Assembly: GCF_001194135.2 (NCBI RefSeq)
Contig: NC_068996.1
Location: 39,380,503-39,444,502 of the forward strand
Origin: Octopus bimaculoides
Taxonomy: Eukaryota
Length of the DNA stretch: 64,000 nucleotides
Reading direction: 5' to 3'
Part shown: one piece after another, positions 36,013 to 48,529 of the stretch
How positions within the stretch are numbered: the first letter of the stretch is position 1
Layout of the letters: every line of letters starts with the position of its first letter
Made by a program: the position numbers and the translations under genes
The notes under the pieces: model-generated
Seen by the model: the letters and a program-made list of their open reading frames with translations, nothing else
Databases searched by the model: none
Told to the model about the DNA's origin: nothing

Positions 36013-37352
36013 GGTGAATCTGTATTTACAGAGTTCCCGTTTGTAAATATGTTTGTATGATACTCCATTTTTTTTTCCTGTCTCCCTATTTTTCTCACTT
36101 TTCACTTACAATGTGTGAATGTTTTTTATACCTTTTTCACGCAGTGAACTGTTCAAAGTATTCAAAGACATATAAACAAGTAAGAAACCTCTGTGTAAAC
36201 ACACACACACACACGCACACACACACAAACGCACGCACACATATATAAACAAGTAAGANNNNNNNNNNNNNNNNNNNNNNNNNNNNNNNNNNNNNNNNNN
36301 NNNNNNNNNNNNNNNNNNNNNNNNNNNNNNNNNNNNNNNNNNNNNNNNNNNNNNNNNNNNNNNNNNNNNNNNNNNNNNNNNNNNNNNNNNNNNNNNNNNN
36401 NNNNNNNNNNNNNNNNNNNNNNNNNNNNNNNNNNNNNNNNNNNNNNNNNNNNNNNNNNNNNNNNNNNNNNNNNNNNNNNNNNNNNNNNNNNNNNNNNNNN
36501 NNNNNNNNNNNNNNNNNNNNNNNNNNNNNNNNNNNNNNNNNNNNNNNNNNNNNNNNNNNNNNNNNNNNNNNNNNNNNNNNNNNNNNNNNNNNNNNNNNNN
36601 NNNNNNNNNNNACTCCCCCCACCACACACACACACATGTATGTACATATGTTTGTATATACAGAAGTTTAGAGGTGACATTCTTTATATAAGTAGGCCTT
36701 TTGAATTACATAAGCAACTTCTTTGCCCCTCTTCTTTCTTTTCTTTTCTTTTTTTTTTAGTTTTGATTATATTTTTCTGTTTGGTCTTCAAAAAACCTTG
36801 CATTGAGAAACATCTGGTTTTAGAAATTCTTGATTTAACAGAGAAAGGGGGGAAAAAAAGGGATGTGTAACCCCCCACAAAAAAAAAAAAAAATGATAAA
36901 GAGCAACATGTCGAAGAGAAATTGATGAAATATGTTTCTTTTCCCCATTTCTTGATATGATTATCTTTAACAGTTTCCGCATCATTTTATATAAATTTAT
37001 GAGGTTAACCAATTTTGATAATCCTTCATTTAATTTCTGATGCTGAAATAGCCAGTAGTAGAAATTAATTGATGAAATACAAAGCATTGAACCCGTCTAT
37101 CATTAATCCGTTGTATTGAAAACAGAACGCAGGGTGGCTTAAAAGAAGAATGGTTCAAAAGTCTGGCAGCACCATAATTGCCTAATTGTAGAAATCTCAG
37201 ACCTTCTCAAACTTTGAGGTTTCTGAACAACTGGGGATATAAAAATAAAAACAAGAAAAAAAAGAGAAAAAGAAAAAAAAAGAAAGAAAAATGGTATGGT
37301 TTGAAAATTAGCGCATCATTATTGTCTCTTATTCAAAGGTTCTCGAAGAATC

Positions 37353-37402
37353 CTGGGATTGCTAAAATAAAATTAGTAATATTTTTATTTCAGCAATCCC
37401 AG
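37353..37402. other. 50-nt near-perfect hairpin
   Basis: CTGGGATTGCTAAAATAAAA pairs with TTTTATTTCAGCAATCCCAG at 19/20, closed by a GTAA loop. Confidence 0.7.
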
Positions 37403-37795
37403 AGACGCTAGAACATTATTCTATTACAAATGGTGTCAGGGTGTCAGTACATATTTCATTAGAATATCAAATAAATAAAAATAAAATGAGATAAAATAAA
37501 AAAATAAATTTTTTTTTTTTTTAATCGCAGCAGGATACAAACTGAGTAAAGGCATTCTGAGTTCAAATCTGGTGGGGAGTGGAGGTGGGAATTAATTTTC
37601 AGGGTAGGGTAGGGTAGGGTAGGATCGATAAATAAAAGCACTAGGGTCAAGCACTGTGAAATTGGTGGAATCAGTAGAACATTAGAAGGTATACGCCTTG
37701 CTGTATGTATACCAGCTCTTTATGTTCTGAGTTCAAATTCCTTCCCCAGGGATTCAGTTTTCACCAACAGCCAATGCTGGTTGTTCCCTCCATAG

Positions 37796-37834
37796 GACCC
37801 CGCAGTTGCTTATGAAAGCTACAAAGTGTTGGAG
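37796..37834 (+). CDS. Candidate 39-nt phase 0-0 micro-exon (DPAVAYESYKVLE)
   Basis: TTGTTCCCTCCATAG acceptor, GAG|GTGGGT donor and an open frame. Product not recognised. Confidence 0.25.
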
Positions 37835-38249
37835 GTGGGTTGTGACCTTGCTTTACTGCAATCCAAAGATGATGATTCAGTATCTAATTCTGAATTAGAT
37901 CCTTTATTTCCATGTATAATCATTAAAAAATTTTGTGATAAACCAAATAAGTTCCTCTAAGAAGACACAAAAAAAAAAATAACCCCAAAAACTGAAACAT
38001 TAATTTGAATTATGATATATTATATAATATGATTAACAAACAATAACAACATCACTGGTTGTAGGTTTGTAATGGAACAATCACTGGTTCACTAGATTTT
38101 TGAAGGCAAGAGTGATAGGGAAATGTTTGTGACTCAGTCTAGGATTGAGAATACATCAATGGGCTTCATTGAATGAACACAAAACATTGGGCTTTCGTTT
38201 TCCTTCTTTTTGATGATGTGAAAAATACATGCATATAGGCATGTATAAC

Positions 38250-38292
<43 letters not shown>

Positions 38293-39210
38293 TGTATATG
38301 TTTAAAAGACACCATTTCGAGCGTGGCCGTTTTCGTGCGGGTGACATGTAAAAGCACCCACTACACTCTCTGAGTGGTTGGCGTTAGGAAGGGCATCCAG
38401 CTGTAGAAACTCTGCCAAATTAGATTGGNNNNNNNNNNNNNNNNNNNNNNNNNNNNNNNNNNNNNNNNNNNNNNNNNNNNNNNNNNNNNNNNNNNNNNNN
38501 NNNNNNNNNNNNNNNNNNNNNNNNNNNNNNNNNNNNNNNNNNNNNNNNNNNNNNNNNNNNNNNNNNNNNNNNNNNNNNNNNNNNNNNNNNNNNNNNNNNN
38601 NNNNNNNNNNNNNNNNNNNNNNNNNNNNNNNNNNNNNNNNNNNNNNNNNNNNNNNNNNNNNNNNNNNNNNNNNNNNNNNNNNNNNNNNNNNNNNNNNNNN
38701 NNNNNNNNNNNNNNNNNNNNNNNNNNNNNNNNNNNNNNNNNNNNNNNNNNNNNNNNNNNNNNNNNNNNNNNNNNNNNNNNNNNNNNNNNNNNNNNNNNNN
38801 NNNNNNNNNNNNNNNNNNNNNNNNNNNNNNNNNNNNNNNNNNNNNNNNNNNNNNNNNNNNNNNNNNNNNNNNNNNNNNNNNNNNNNNNNNNNNNNNNNNN
38901 NNNNNNNNNNNNNNNNNNNNNNNNNNNNNNNNNNNNNNNNNNNNNNNNNNNNNNNNNNNNNNNNNNNNNNNNNNNNNNNNNNNNNNNNNNNNNNNNNNNN
39001 NNNNNNNNNNNNNNNNNNNNNNNNNNNNNNNNNNNNNNNNNNNNNNNNNNNNNNNNNNNNNNNNNNNNNNNNNNNNNNNNNNNNNNNNNNNNNNNNNNNN
39101 NNNNNNNNNNNNNNNNNNNNNNNNNNNNNNNNNNNNNNNNNNNNNNNNNNNNNNNNNNNNNNNNNNNNNNNNNNNNNNNNNNNNNNNNNNNNNNNNNNNN
39201 NNNNNNNNNN

Positions 39211-39249
<39 letters not shown>

Positions 39250-39393
39250 CTGATGGACAACATCAGCCAAATGTTTTCATGTTATTCGTTATTGCTGTAT
39301 ACGATGAGCTTGAGAACCACTGTTCCGAAACAGAATGATAAATTCTTTTGTTTCAGTCATTTGACAGCAGCCATGCTGGAGCACCATATATAC

Positions 39394-39717
39394 AAACTCC
39401 AATGGGAAAGTGGAGCAGGTAAAATCCAGGCTACATATGTTTCCTAACTAGTAGCTCCTCTGATATAATAATTACTAAACGAGGGGTATTCCACTAGCTA
39501 CTCCTCAGGCCGAATATACCTTAGTTATATGGAGATTAGGCTGTCATTAAAGGATCCCAGGTTAACTTGACGAATATATAATTAAGGAATCTTTGGCCTA
39601 ATGAGTAGCTAGCTGTGTACCCCTCATTGAAGAATTATTACATCATAGGATCTGCTAACCAGGTAACATATATATAGCCTGGATATTTTACCTGCTCCAT
39701 TCCTTCAATTTGGATTT
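39394..39717. repeat. About 320-bp palindromic foldback element
   Basis: Arms of about 140 bp (TGGAGCAGGTAAAATCCAGGCTA... versus ...TAGCCTGGATATTTTACCTGCTCCA) around a loop of about 40 bp. Confidence 0.8.
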
Positions 39718-39990
39718 CTTTGCATTGGTAGCAGCTCAAGTTGCTAACTGTGAGCTATAAAAATGTTTTTTCAATTTATTAAACTTTGGTATTGTAAAAG
39801 CCTACAGCTTTCACTGCCGATAAATTATTATTGTTCCTGAATGTTGTTTTTTATACCTGCCATGGACTGCTTGAAGCTTACAAACTTCCTACACTTAGAT
39901 TCTTGGATCTTATAATTTACACACACTCACACACACACACACACACACAATTCTGCTTTGGGACATTGGTTCTCAGAGCTTGTGTGTATA

Positions 39991-40050
<60 letters not shown>

Positions 40051-40571
40051 NNNNNNNNNNNNNNNNNNNNNNNNNNNNNNNNNNNNNNNNNNNNNNNNNN
40101 NNNNNNNNNNNNNNNNNNNNNNNNNNNNNNNNNNNNNNNNNNNNNNNNNNNNNNNNNNNNNNNNNNNNNNNNNNNNNNNNNNNNNNNNNNNNNNNNNNNN
40201 NNNNNNNNNNNNNNNNNNNNNNNNNNNNNNNNNNNNNNNNNNNNNNNNNNNNNNNNNNNNNNNNNNNNNNNNNNNNNNNNNNNNNNNNNNNNNNNNNNNN
40301 NNNNNNNNNNNNNNNNNNNNNNNNNNNNNNNNNNNNNNNNNNNNNNNNNNNNNNNNNNNNNNNNNNNNNNNNNNNNNNNNNNNNNNNNNNNNNNNNNNNN
40401 NNNNNNNNNNNNNNNNNNNNNNNNNNNNNNNNNNNNNNNNNNNNNNNNNNNNNNNNNNNNNNNNNNNNNNNNNNNNNNNNNNNNNNNNNNNNNNNNNNNN
40501 NNNNNNNNNNNNNNNNNNNNNNNNNNNNNNNNNNNNNNNNNNNNNNNNNNNNNNNNNNNNNNNNNNNNNNN

Positions 40572-40970
40572 CTCTTTCACTCTTTTACTTGTTTCAATCA
40601 TTTGACTGCGGCCATGCTGGAGCACCACCTTTAGTTGAGCAAATCGACCCCGAGAGTTATTCTTTGTAAGCCTAGTACTTATTCTATCAGTCTCTTTTGC
40701 CGAACCGCTAAGTGACGGGGGACATAAACACACCAGCATCGGTTGTCAAGCAATGCTAGGGGGACAAACACAGACACAAACACACACACATATATATACA
40801 TATATACGACGGGCTTCTTTCAGTTTCCGTCTACCAAATCCACTCACAAGGCTTTGGTCAGCCCCGAGGCTATAGTAGAAGACACTTGCGCAAGGTGCCA
40901 CGCAGTGAGACTGAACCCGGAACCATGTGGTTGGTAAGCAAGCTACTTACTACACAGCCACTTCTGCGCC
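40572..40970 (-). mobile_element. SINE family B, near full length
   Basis: Reverse complement of 43541-43955, with an internal CA/TA tract. Confidence 0.88.
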
Positions 40971-41798
40971 TACAATACATATATATATAATATTTTTATA
41001 ACAGGTTCCTGTACCATGGGATCCAGCCCTGAACCTCATGATTCTTAAGCAATACTTCTTAACCACACACACATGCTTGTGCCCAATATTTGAGCGAACC
41101 GACAAACTTTTGTTTAATGGTATTGATTTTGTATCTTGCCATGCTATGAATAGAAAATATTTAGTCAAGTAGATATTTACTTACTGTGGAAGTCATATTA
41201 TTAAATACAGATCTGTTACTCCCCATACCACTTTTGGTATTGGAACTACTCAACCGTGTAAACAATATCTATTCATTAAATCTTATTCATTAAAATATTT
41301 TCCCATTGCAATTATTAATCTGTCTTGGGAAAAGTATAATTATTACATGTGGTTGATGTCTGTGTAGCAATCTCTCTTGTGTTGAAATATTTTTACTTTT
41401 ACCGTTAAACTCAATGTATATTTGCCAAGAATGTTTGTAATTATTACATGCACCAATGAGGAAAGCCACTATGTGGTTGCATGATATAGTAGCCAAATCT
41501 GCCTCAAATGCCCACACCCCAACTCTGCCATCTTGAAAAGGGAAATCTACTTTGGGTAATGTAGGCATGAATCATTATAATGGAAATTGATAAAATAATT
41601 AAATATTAAATCAAAATAAGCTTCAATGGTCATGACTGGAATGTCATTCATCTAAAATCTCTTTCATCGGAGCTGACTTGGCCTAAAACAATAACAACAT
41701 TGTAATTATTGAGTCCTTCTTTTTGAACTTCTATGTACCAGTTCATGTAAAAAAATGTTCTTGGAAGATCCAACCTATCTCAGACAATAACTGTATTA

Positions 41799-42681
41799 CG
41801 TGGTGGAATCAAAAGGTAATCGGACTAATTATGTTTAATAAAAAATAACATATTCACTCAAGTTTTACCGTCTTCTCCTTCAAAATAGTCACCTTGCGCA
41901 GCAATACAGTAGTCTCAGCATTCCTACCACTTTTGGAATCTGGCCTGGAAGTTGAATTCCATAAGTAAGCCAAGGTTGATTCATTCTGGATCTCATAAAA
42001 AGGTGTTAAAACAGTGACCTTTGAGCTGCATTTTCATCTTGAGGAAGAGATGGGAGTCCATAGGTGCTAAATCTGGTGAATAGGGCAGGTGTAGAAGTGA
42101 TACCATGTTGTTTTTGGTAAGAAACCCATGATTGAGGTCAATAATCCAATTCCTTCCACTCTACAGATCTGGTTGCTTTTGCCAAATGTCCTCTCTCAAA
42201 TGCTTCAAAGCATCACAGTAGAATTCTCAATTGATGGTCTGGCCCTGGGGTGAATTTTCAATGAACAATATCACATTTCTGAGGAGGACACTCATGGCAG
42301 GTCTTCCAGAGATATTCAGATATTCTTCTGTTTTTGAAGTGTTTGTGCCACTCGAAACATTGCGTACAACCCATTGCCTTGTCGCTGTAAGCTCCCCAAA
42401 GAATGCTCAATGTCTCTGTAGTAGACTTCCCAAGTTTAGCGTAAAATATCATGTTAGCTCTTTGTTCCAACTTCCTGTCCAAGACAAAATCACAGACTAC
42501 AGCATACGCACATGATCATAAAAAACACAAATTTCACAACTTGCAAAGTAAACACTGTGATGTCACTCAACACACCACCTCATGAAGGTCACTGCTAGCT
42601 CTCATTGCGCACGCAATAGTGTGTGCTGCCATCTGTTGGCATGTTACAGGATTAGTCTGGGGACTTTTCGATACCACCTTG
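41799..42681 (-). mobile_element. Internally deleted mariner (irritans/Hsmar2-like), 883 bp
   Basis: TIRs match at about 22/31, flanked by TA. Minus strand has MDRKLEQRANMIFYAKLGKSTTETL...FEWHKHFK (HTH), PYSPDLAPMDSHLF and CIAAQGDYFEG; the central catalytic region is missing. Confidence 0.85.
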
Positions 42682-43540
42682 TATTATATAATGCAGTGGG
42701 TGATAAAAGAATTTTTGAGAAATCAAAATTATATCTGTAATGAGAAGAAAAGCCACAAGTACAAATGATAATTCTTTCCAAGGAAGACAAGGGAGAGAAC
42801 TCTGAGTTTCAAACATATTCTTTAATTCAGAAATTTATATGATTTTGTGTTAGGAGGTATTTAGGCCTTTCTATTCTGTGACGAAGAAATAATGGAAAGA
42901 GATTAAAAGTGTTGTGATGACCAATTCTTAATAAATCATCAACCCACTAGTGTAGCTAGATAAGGGGGGTGGGGCTGTAGGGGTGGTTCACCCTGGGCAG
43001 CACTTTTGGGTCTGCTGTAGGCAATATGTGTTTTTGTGGGATCTGAGGGTGGCAAACAGACATTTCAACACTTCAAAAAAAAAACAAAAAAAAAAACTTG
43101 TTTGTTTACATATGATGTAATAATTTTATAATTTATCCATTTATAATTTTGAGTCTGTGCTTGTACTTAATCACTGTTTGAGAACCGGTGTTGGTGTATT
43201 TACATCCCCATAACTTAGCAGTTTGGCAAAAGAGACTAATAGAATAAGTACTAGGCTTTAAAAAATAAAAAAGTTCTGAGGTTGATTCATTCAACTAAAA
43301 ATTTTTCAAAACAGTGCCCCAGTATGGTCGCAGTCTAACGACAGGAACAAGTAAAAGAAGGCAAATCAGAATTTTAACATTTAAACTTTTAGTTTGAATT
43401 TTATTTGCTGAATAAAGAGCATTGTCTCACGAACACAATATGGGAGTTTTTCTTGCAGCATAACAAGGAGAGAAGTGTGCATGTGGTTGCTTGACTAGCT
43501 AGAAATAATAACAAATCTTCCTCATTTCATACCCTACCAC

Positions 43541-43955
43541 CAGTGGCTGTGTGGTAAGTAGCTTGCTTACCAACCACATGGTTCCGGGTTCAGTCCCACT
43601 GCATGGCACCTTGGGCAAGTGTCTTCTACTATAGCCTCGGGCCGACCAAAGCCTTGTGAGTAGATTTGGTAGACGGAAACTGAAAGAAGTCCGTTGTATA
43701 TATGTATATACATATGTATATGTGTGTATATGTGTGTGTGTTTGTGTGTCTGTGTCTGTCCCCCCACCATTGCTTGACAACCGATGCTGGTGTGTTTACG
43801 TCCCCGTAACTTAGTGGTTCGGCAAAAGAGACCGATAGAATAAGTACTAGACTTACAAAGAATAAGTCCCGGGGTCAATTTGCTCGACTAAAGGTGGTGC
43901 TCCAGCATGGCCACAAGCAAATGACTGAAACAAGTAAAAGAGAGTAAAAGAGAGT
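43541..43955 (+). mobile_element. SINE family B
   Basis: tRNA-like head GTGGCTGTGTGGTAAG...GGTTCAGTCCC, internal (TA)/(TG) tract, AAAAGAGAGT tail. Confidence 0.88.
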
Positions 43956-44847
43956 ACTATCTTATATTTGATCAAGATACATTAGATTATGCAATTCCAG
44001 ATATGCCTAAATATGTAGGATGGTCATGTACGGAATGACTTTGATCATGTATTTTTATTTAAATGAGCTGACCGGGAAATAAAAATCAAGAACAATAGTG
44101 AACAAAGAATCGGTATAGCAAAGAGAATGCCATGTTGATTCCTTGCCTAAAGATTTAGGTGTTTGTATTACATGACTGTACTCTGGGCAATACAGACATT
44201 CCAGTTAGCTGACAGCAGAACAGTAAAAACTGGAATCAAATCAGGATATGACTAAGTTTCTACTATAACAAATTTGAAACAAACCACTGATGTTGTGTCG
44301 GAACCTGGTAAAAGGACCGAGTAGTCCCTGTTGAATAGAGTTAATACTTAATACATAATAGTGCTGCTTTGATGGTAGTGGTACAATGTTCAGTGTAGAT
44401 GTGTGGGCAGCTGCTGCAAATGTGGTAGTGGTATGATAATGGTTGAAACAGTGGTGATGATGTTGGTGGCTGTGGATTATGTAGCAGGGTATGCAGTGTT
44501 GTAATAATAATGGTAATTGATCAGTGAAGTTAGTGATGGGGTATATTTTGTGGTCATGCCTATTATTGTGAAGATTGGGTTGCAGATGTGTGGCGTAGGT
44601 TGCAGTGATGGTGGTTGTAGCTGTGCAGGGATGGCTTTACAATTCTGGCTATAGTGCTGGTGTGGCAGCTGCTTGGAAAATTTAGGCTTTTGGCTCTCCT
44701 AAGAGCACTGGTGTGCTGTAAAGAGTACCTTGGGGGAGTTTGAATTTTTAAAAATATTATCTAAGGCTTTAGGAATTCCATGCTAACTTTGCAGTATCTT
44801 GAAAAGCTTGTCATTCATAATCTTGCTATTTGTAAATATGATCATTG

Positions 44848-45019
44848 TGGAGGTGCAATGGCCCAGTGGTTAGGGCAGTAGACTCATGGTCAGAGGATCG
44901 TGGTTTTGATTCCCAGACCAGGTGTTGTGTGTGTTTATTGAGTGAAAACACCAAAAGCTCCAGCAGGGGGGGGGGGGTGACCCCTGTTGTACTCTTTTGC
45001 CCCAACTTTCTCTCACTCT
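44848..45019 (+). mobile_element. SINE family D 5' part
   Basis: A box TGGCCCAGTGG and B-box-like GGTTTTGATTCC; runs into a gap. Confidence 0.7.
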
Positions 45020-45595
45020 NNNNNNNNNNNNNNNNNNNNNNNNNNNNNNNNNNNNNNNNNNNNNNNNNNNNNNNNNNNNNNNNNNNNNNNNNNNNNNNNN
45101 NNNNNNNNNNNNNNNNNNNNNNNNNNNNNNNNNNNNNNNNNNNNNNNNNNNNNNNNNNNNNNNNNNNNNNNNNNNNNNNNNNNNNNNNNNNNNNNNNNNN
45201 NNNNNNNNNNNNNNNNNNNNNNNNNNNNNNNNNNNNNNNNNNNNNNNNNNNNNNNNNNNNNNNNNNNNNNNNNNNNNNNNNNNNNNNNNNNNNNNNNNNN
45301 NNNNNNNNNNNNNNNNNNNNNNNNNNNNNNNNNNNNNNNNNNNNNNNNNNNNNNNNNNNNNNNNNNNNNNNNNNNNNNNNNNNNNNNNNNNNNNNNNNNN
45401 NNNNNNNNNNNNNNNNNNNNNNNNNNNNNNNNNNNNNNNNNNNNNNNNNNNNNNNNNNNNNNNNNNNNNNNNNNNNNNNNNNNNNNNNNNNNNNNNNNNN
45501 NNNNNNNNNNNNNNNNNNNNNNNNNNNNNNNNNNNNNNNNNNNNNNNNNNNNNNNNNNNNNNNNNNNNNNNNNNNNNNNNNNNNNNNNNNNNNNN

Positions 45596-45667
<72 letters not shown>

Positions 45668-45914
45668 CTCTGCTACCACTTGTGTGTTCTCTGTACTTAT
45701 CGCACATGCATACATCCATGTTGTACACACACACTTTGTATGCATGACGACCTGTCTATTATTATGTATATATGACGCACATACACGTTAACATATCAAT
45801 AAAACCTTCTACCCTGGTTGTGTCTCTCTTTTCCTTCTGGCACTAATACTCATTTAACCCTTTTCCTTCCATGAACTATATATGGAATTGTGAAGCACCC
45901 AGCAAGTGCTAATC

Positions 45915-46612
45915 TCATTTTCCTACAAAGTATATTCCAACACTGCCCTTATAAGCCTCTCACTCAGCTTCTATTTGTTTCTCTGTGCTACAGAACAACT
46001 AATATTATTTCTCCTTTAAGTACATTCCAACACTGCCTTCATAAACCTCTCACTCAGTTTTGGCTTGTTCCTGTGTGTGACATGACAACTAATATTATTT
46101 CTCCTTTAAGTACATTCCAACACTGCCTTCATAAACCTCTCACTCAGTTTTGGCTTGTTCCTGTGTGTGACATTNNNNNNNNNNNNNNNNNNNNNNNNNN
46201 NNNNNNNNNNNNNNNNNNNNNNNNNNNNNNNNNNNNNNNNNNNNNNNNNNNNNNNNNNNNNNNNNNNNNNNNNNNNNNNNNNNNNNNNNNNNNNNNNNNN
46301 NNNNNNNNNNNNNNNNNNNNNNNNNNNNNNNNNNNNNNNNNNNNNNNNNNNNNNNNNNNNNNNNNNNNNNNNNNNNNNNNNNNNNNNNNNNNNNNNNNNN
46401 NNNNNNNNNNNNNNNNNNNNNNAACAACTAATATTATTTCTCCTTTAAGTACATTCCAACACTGCCTTCATAAACCTCTCACTCAGTTTTGGCTTGTTCC
46501 TGTGTGTGACATGACAACTAATATTATTTCTCCTTTAAGTACATTCCAACACTGCCTTCATAAACCTCTCACTCAGTTTTGGCTTGTTCCTGTGTGTGAC
46601 ATTTCTCCTTTA
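45915..46612. repeat. 90-bp minisatellite spanning a gap
   Basis: At least four near-identical units (ACAACTAATATTATTTCTCC...CCTGTGTGTGACATG) plus a diverged first partial unit. Confidence 0.9.
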
Positions 46613-47094
46613 AGTATAAGTTTGAAAGGTGTGTGAATGGAGAGGAGTTCCAACTAGATGAAATCTCCAGACAGTTTAAAATCACAAGCCTCCAGCATAC
46701 AAGTGTTTAAAAAACGTCAGAGAAGGGCACCTAGGAATCACAACCTGGATGTAGCCCAGCCCCCTTAGAGTGTAAGAAGTTAAGGGGCCAAGCATTTGCC
46801 TGAATGGTGTGGGGTTTCTTCTCTGAAGACCTTCTGCTGTTCAGCTCTCTTGAGGGATTCTTATCACCAATGCTTCTGCTGTCTACACTACAACAGCCTA
46901 AACTAGTGGTTCTCCATCACTTTGACTTACAGGTGCACTGGAGATCAAAAACAGAATTTACCTGTGTGTTCAGCATTGAAGTTTAAAAATTACAGTTGCA
47001 TTTTCCATGGAATTATATTTAAAAGAAAGAAAATGTTTTGATTCAAAATTAATTGTTTTCTTTAAATTGAAAACTATTGCTTGCCTTGTTGTTT

Positions 47095-47470
47095 CCTTTT
47101 ATCTTTTATTTGTTTCAAGCACAAGACTGTGGCCATGCTGGGGCACCACCTTGAAGAATTTTACTCAAACAAATTGATTCCACTATGTATTTCATCAGTC
47201 TTTTGCCAAAATACTAAATATGGGGATGTAAACATACCAAAACGAGTTATCAAGTGGTAGCAGAGAACACACACACACACACACACACACACAAATAAAC
47301 GCAGACACACACACACACACACACGCATACGCACACACACATAAACGCAGACACACACATACACACACACAGCAGGTTTCTTTTCAGTTTCCATCCATCA
47401 AATCCACTCACAAGGCTTTGGTCAGAGCAAGGAGGCTATATAGTAAAAGACACTTGCCCAAGGTGCCACT
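47095..47470 (-). mobile_element. SINE family B
   Basis: Reverse complement of family B with an internal (CA)n tract. Confidence 0.75.
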
Positions 47471-47803
47471 CAGATAGATAGATAAACAAACAGGCAGACA
47501 GGCAGACAGATAGATATACATGTACATATACATACATGCATAAATGAACATTATACTTAGAGATATATACGTGTAAGTGCGTATGTGTGCATGTGTGTAT
47601 GTGTGTATACAGTCAAAAGTTGAGCTTTAGAGATGCTCAATATGAAAAACACATAGTGGTGCTCAAATGGTTTGAACTTAGGCTCTGAAATCTGTATCGA
47701 GGTTTATATATATATATATATATGAAGCCTAATCATGTTTATCTGCATCACTATTTTTCTCTCTCTCTCTTTCTCTCTCTCTCTTTCTCTCTATCTCTCT
47801 CTT

Positions 47804-47884
<81 letters not shown>

Positions 47885-48529
47885 GTGTATGCATGTATGT
47901 GTGTGTATATGCCTTAAGTACGTATATACATATGGGCATATATACATATGCATGTACGTACATAAGTGTGTACATATGTATGCATGTTTCAATGTTGTGT
48001 GTGCTTTAGTATGCATGCATGTGTGTATATCAGTATTTTTATGCATGCCTTCAAGCATATGAACGTGTATATATATGTACTTACATATAAAAATTATAGA
48101 TATGATTGTTTGCATATAGATATCATATGTACGTCTGTTGTTTTTCTTTGAGATGAATTTTTTTGTATTTACTTTGATTAGATACTTGCTGAATCTAGTG
48201 CAAAATTATTCAAATATAGAATAAATGGCAAAAAAAAAAAAAAAATCCAAACTCTAAGAAATTCCTTGTGGGTCTGCAGCAGTTAAAAAAAAATGAACAG
48301 TAATAAATAAAAATAATTGCAATATAAATGTTTTAAGAAAAAAGTAAATTACCAATGTTTCGGATTATGTCCTTTTACAAGAGAGAGAAGAAATAGAGTA
48401 AAAAAAACAAACAAAAAAAATCAAATCTGTGTTGTTATACAGGAGTTATGGTATTAATAATGGTTTTGAATTGTGGCATAAAGCCACCAGTTTTAGGAGA
48501 AGGAATAAGTTAGTATCATTGAACCTAGT

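Noticed and set aside
39295-39335. GATGAG...CGAAAC hammerhead-like spacing
   Set aside because: The core reads ACGATGA rather than CTGATGA, and stems I and II do not form.
41184-41267. Minus-strand 84-nt open segment ending in a GTAAGT donor
   Set aside because: The acceptor lacks a pyrimidine tract, and the peptide is not recognisable.
46620-46730. CR1/L2-like terminal peptide ASSIQVFKKR
   Set aside because: Too short, and the upstream WN.LP motif is absent.
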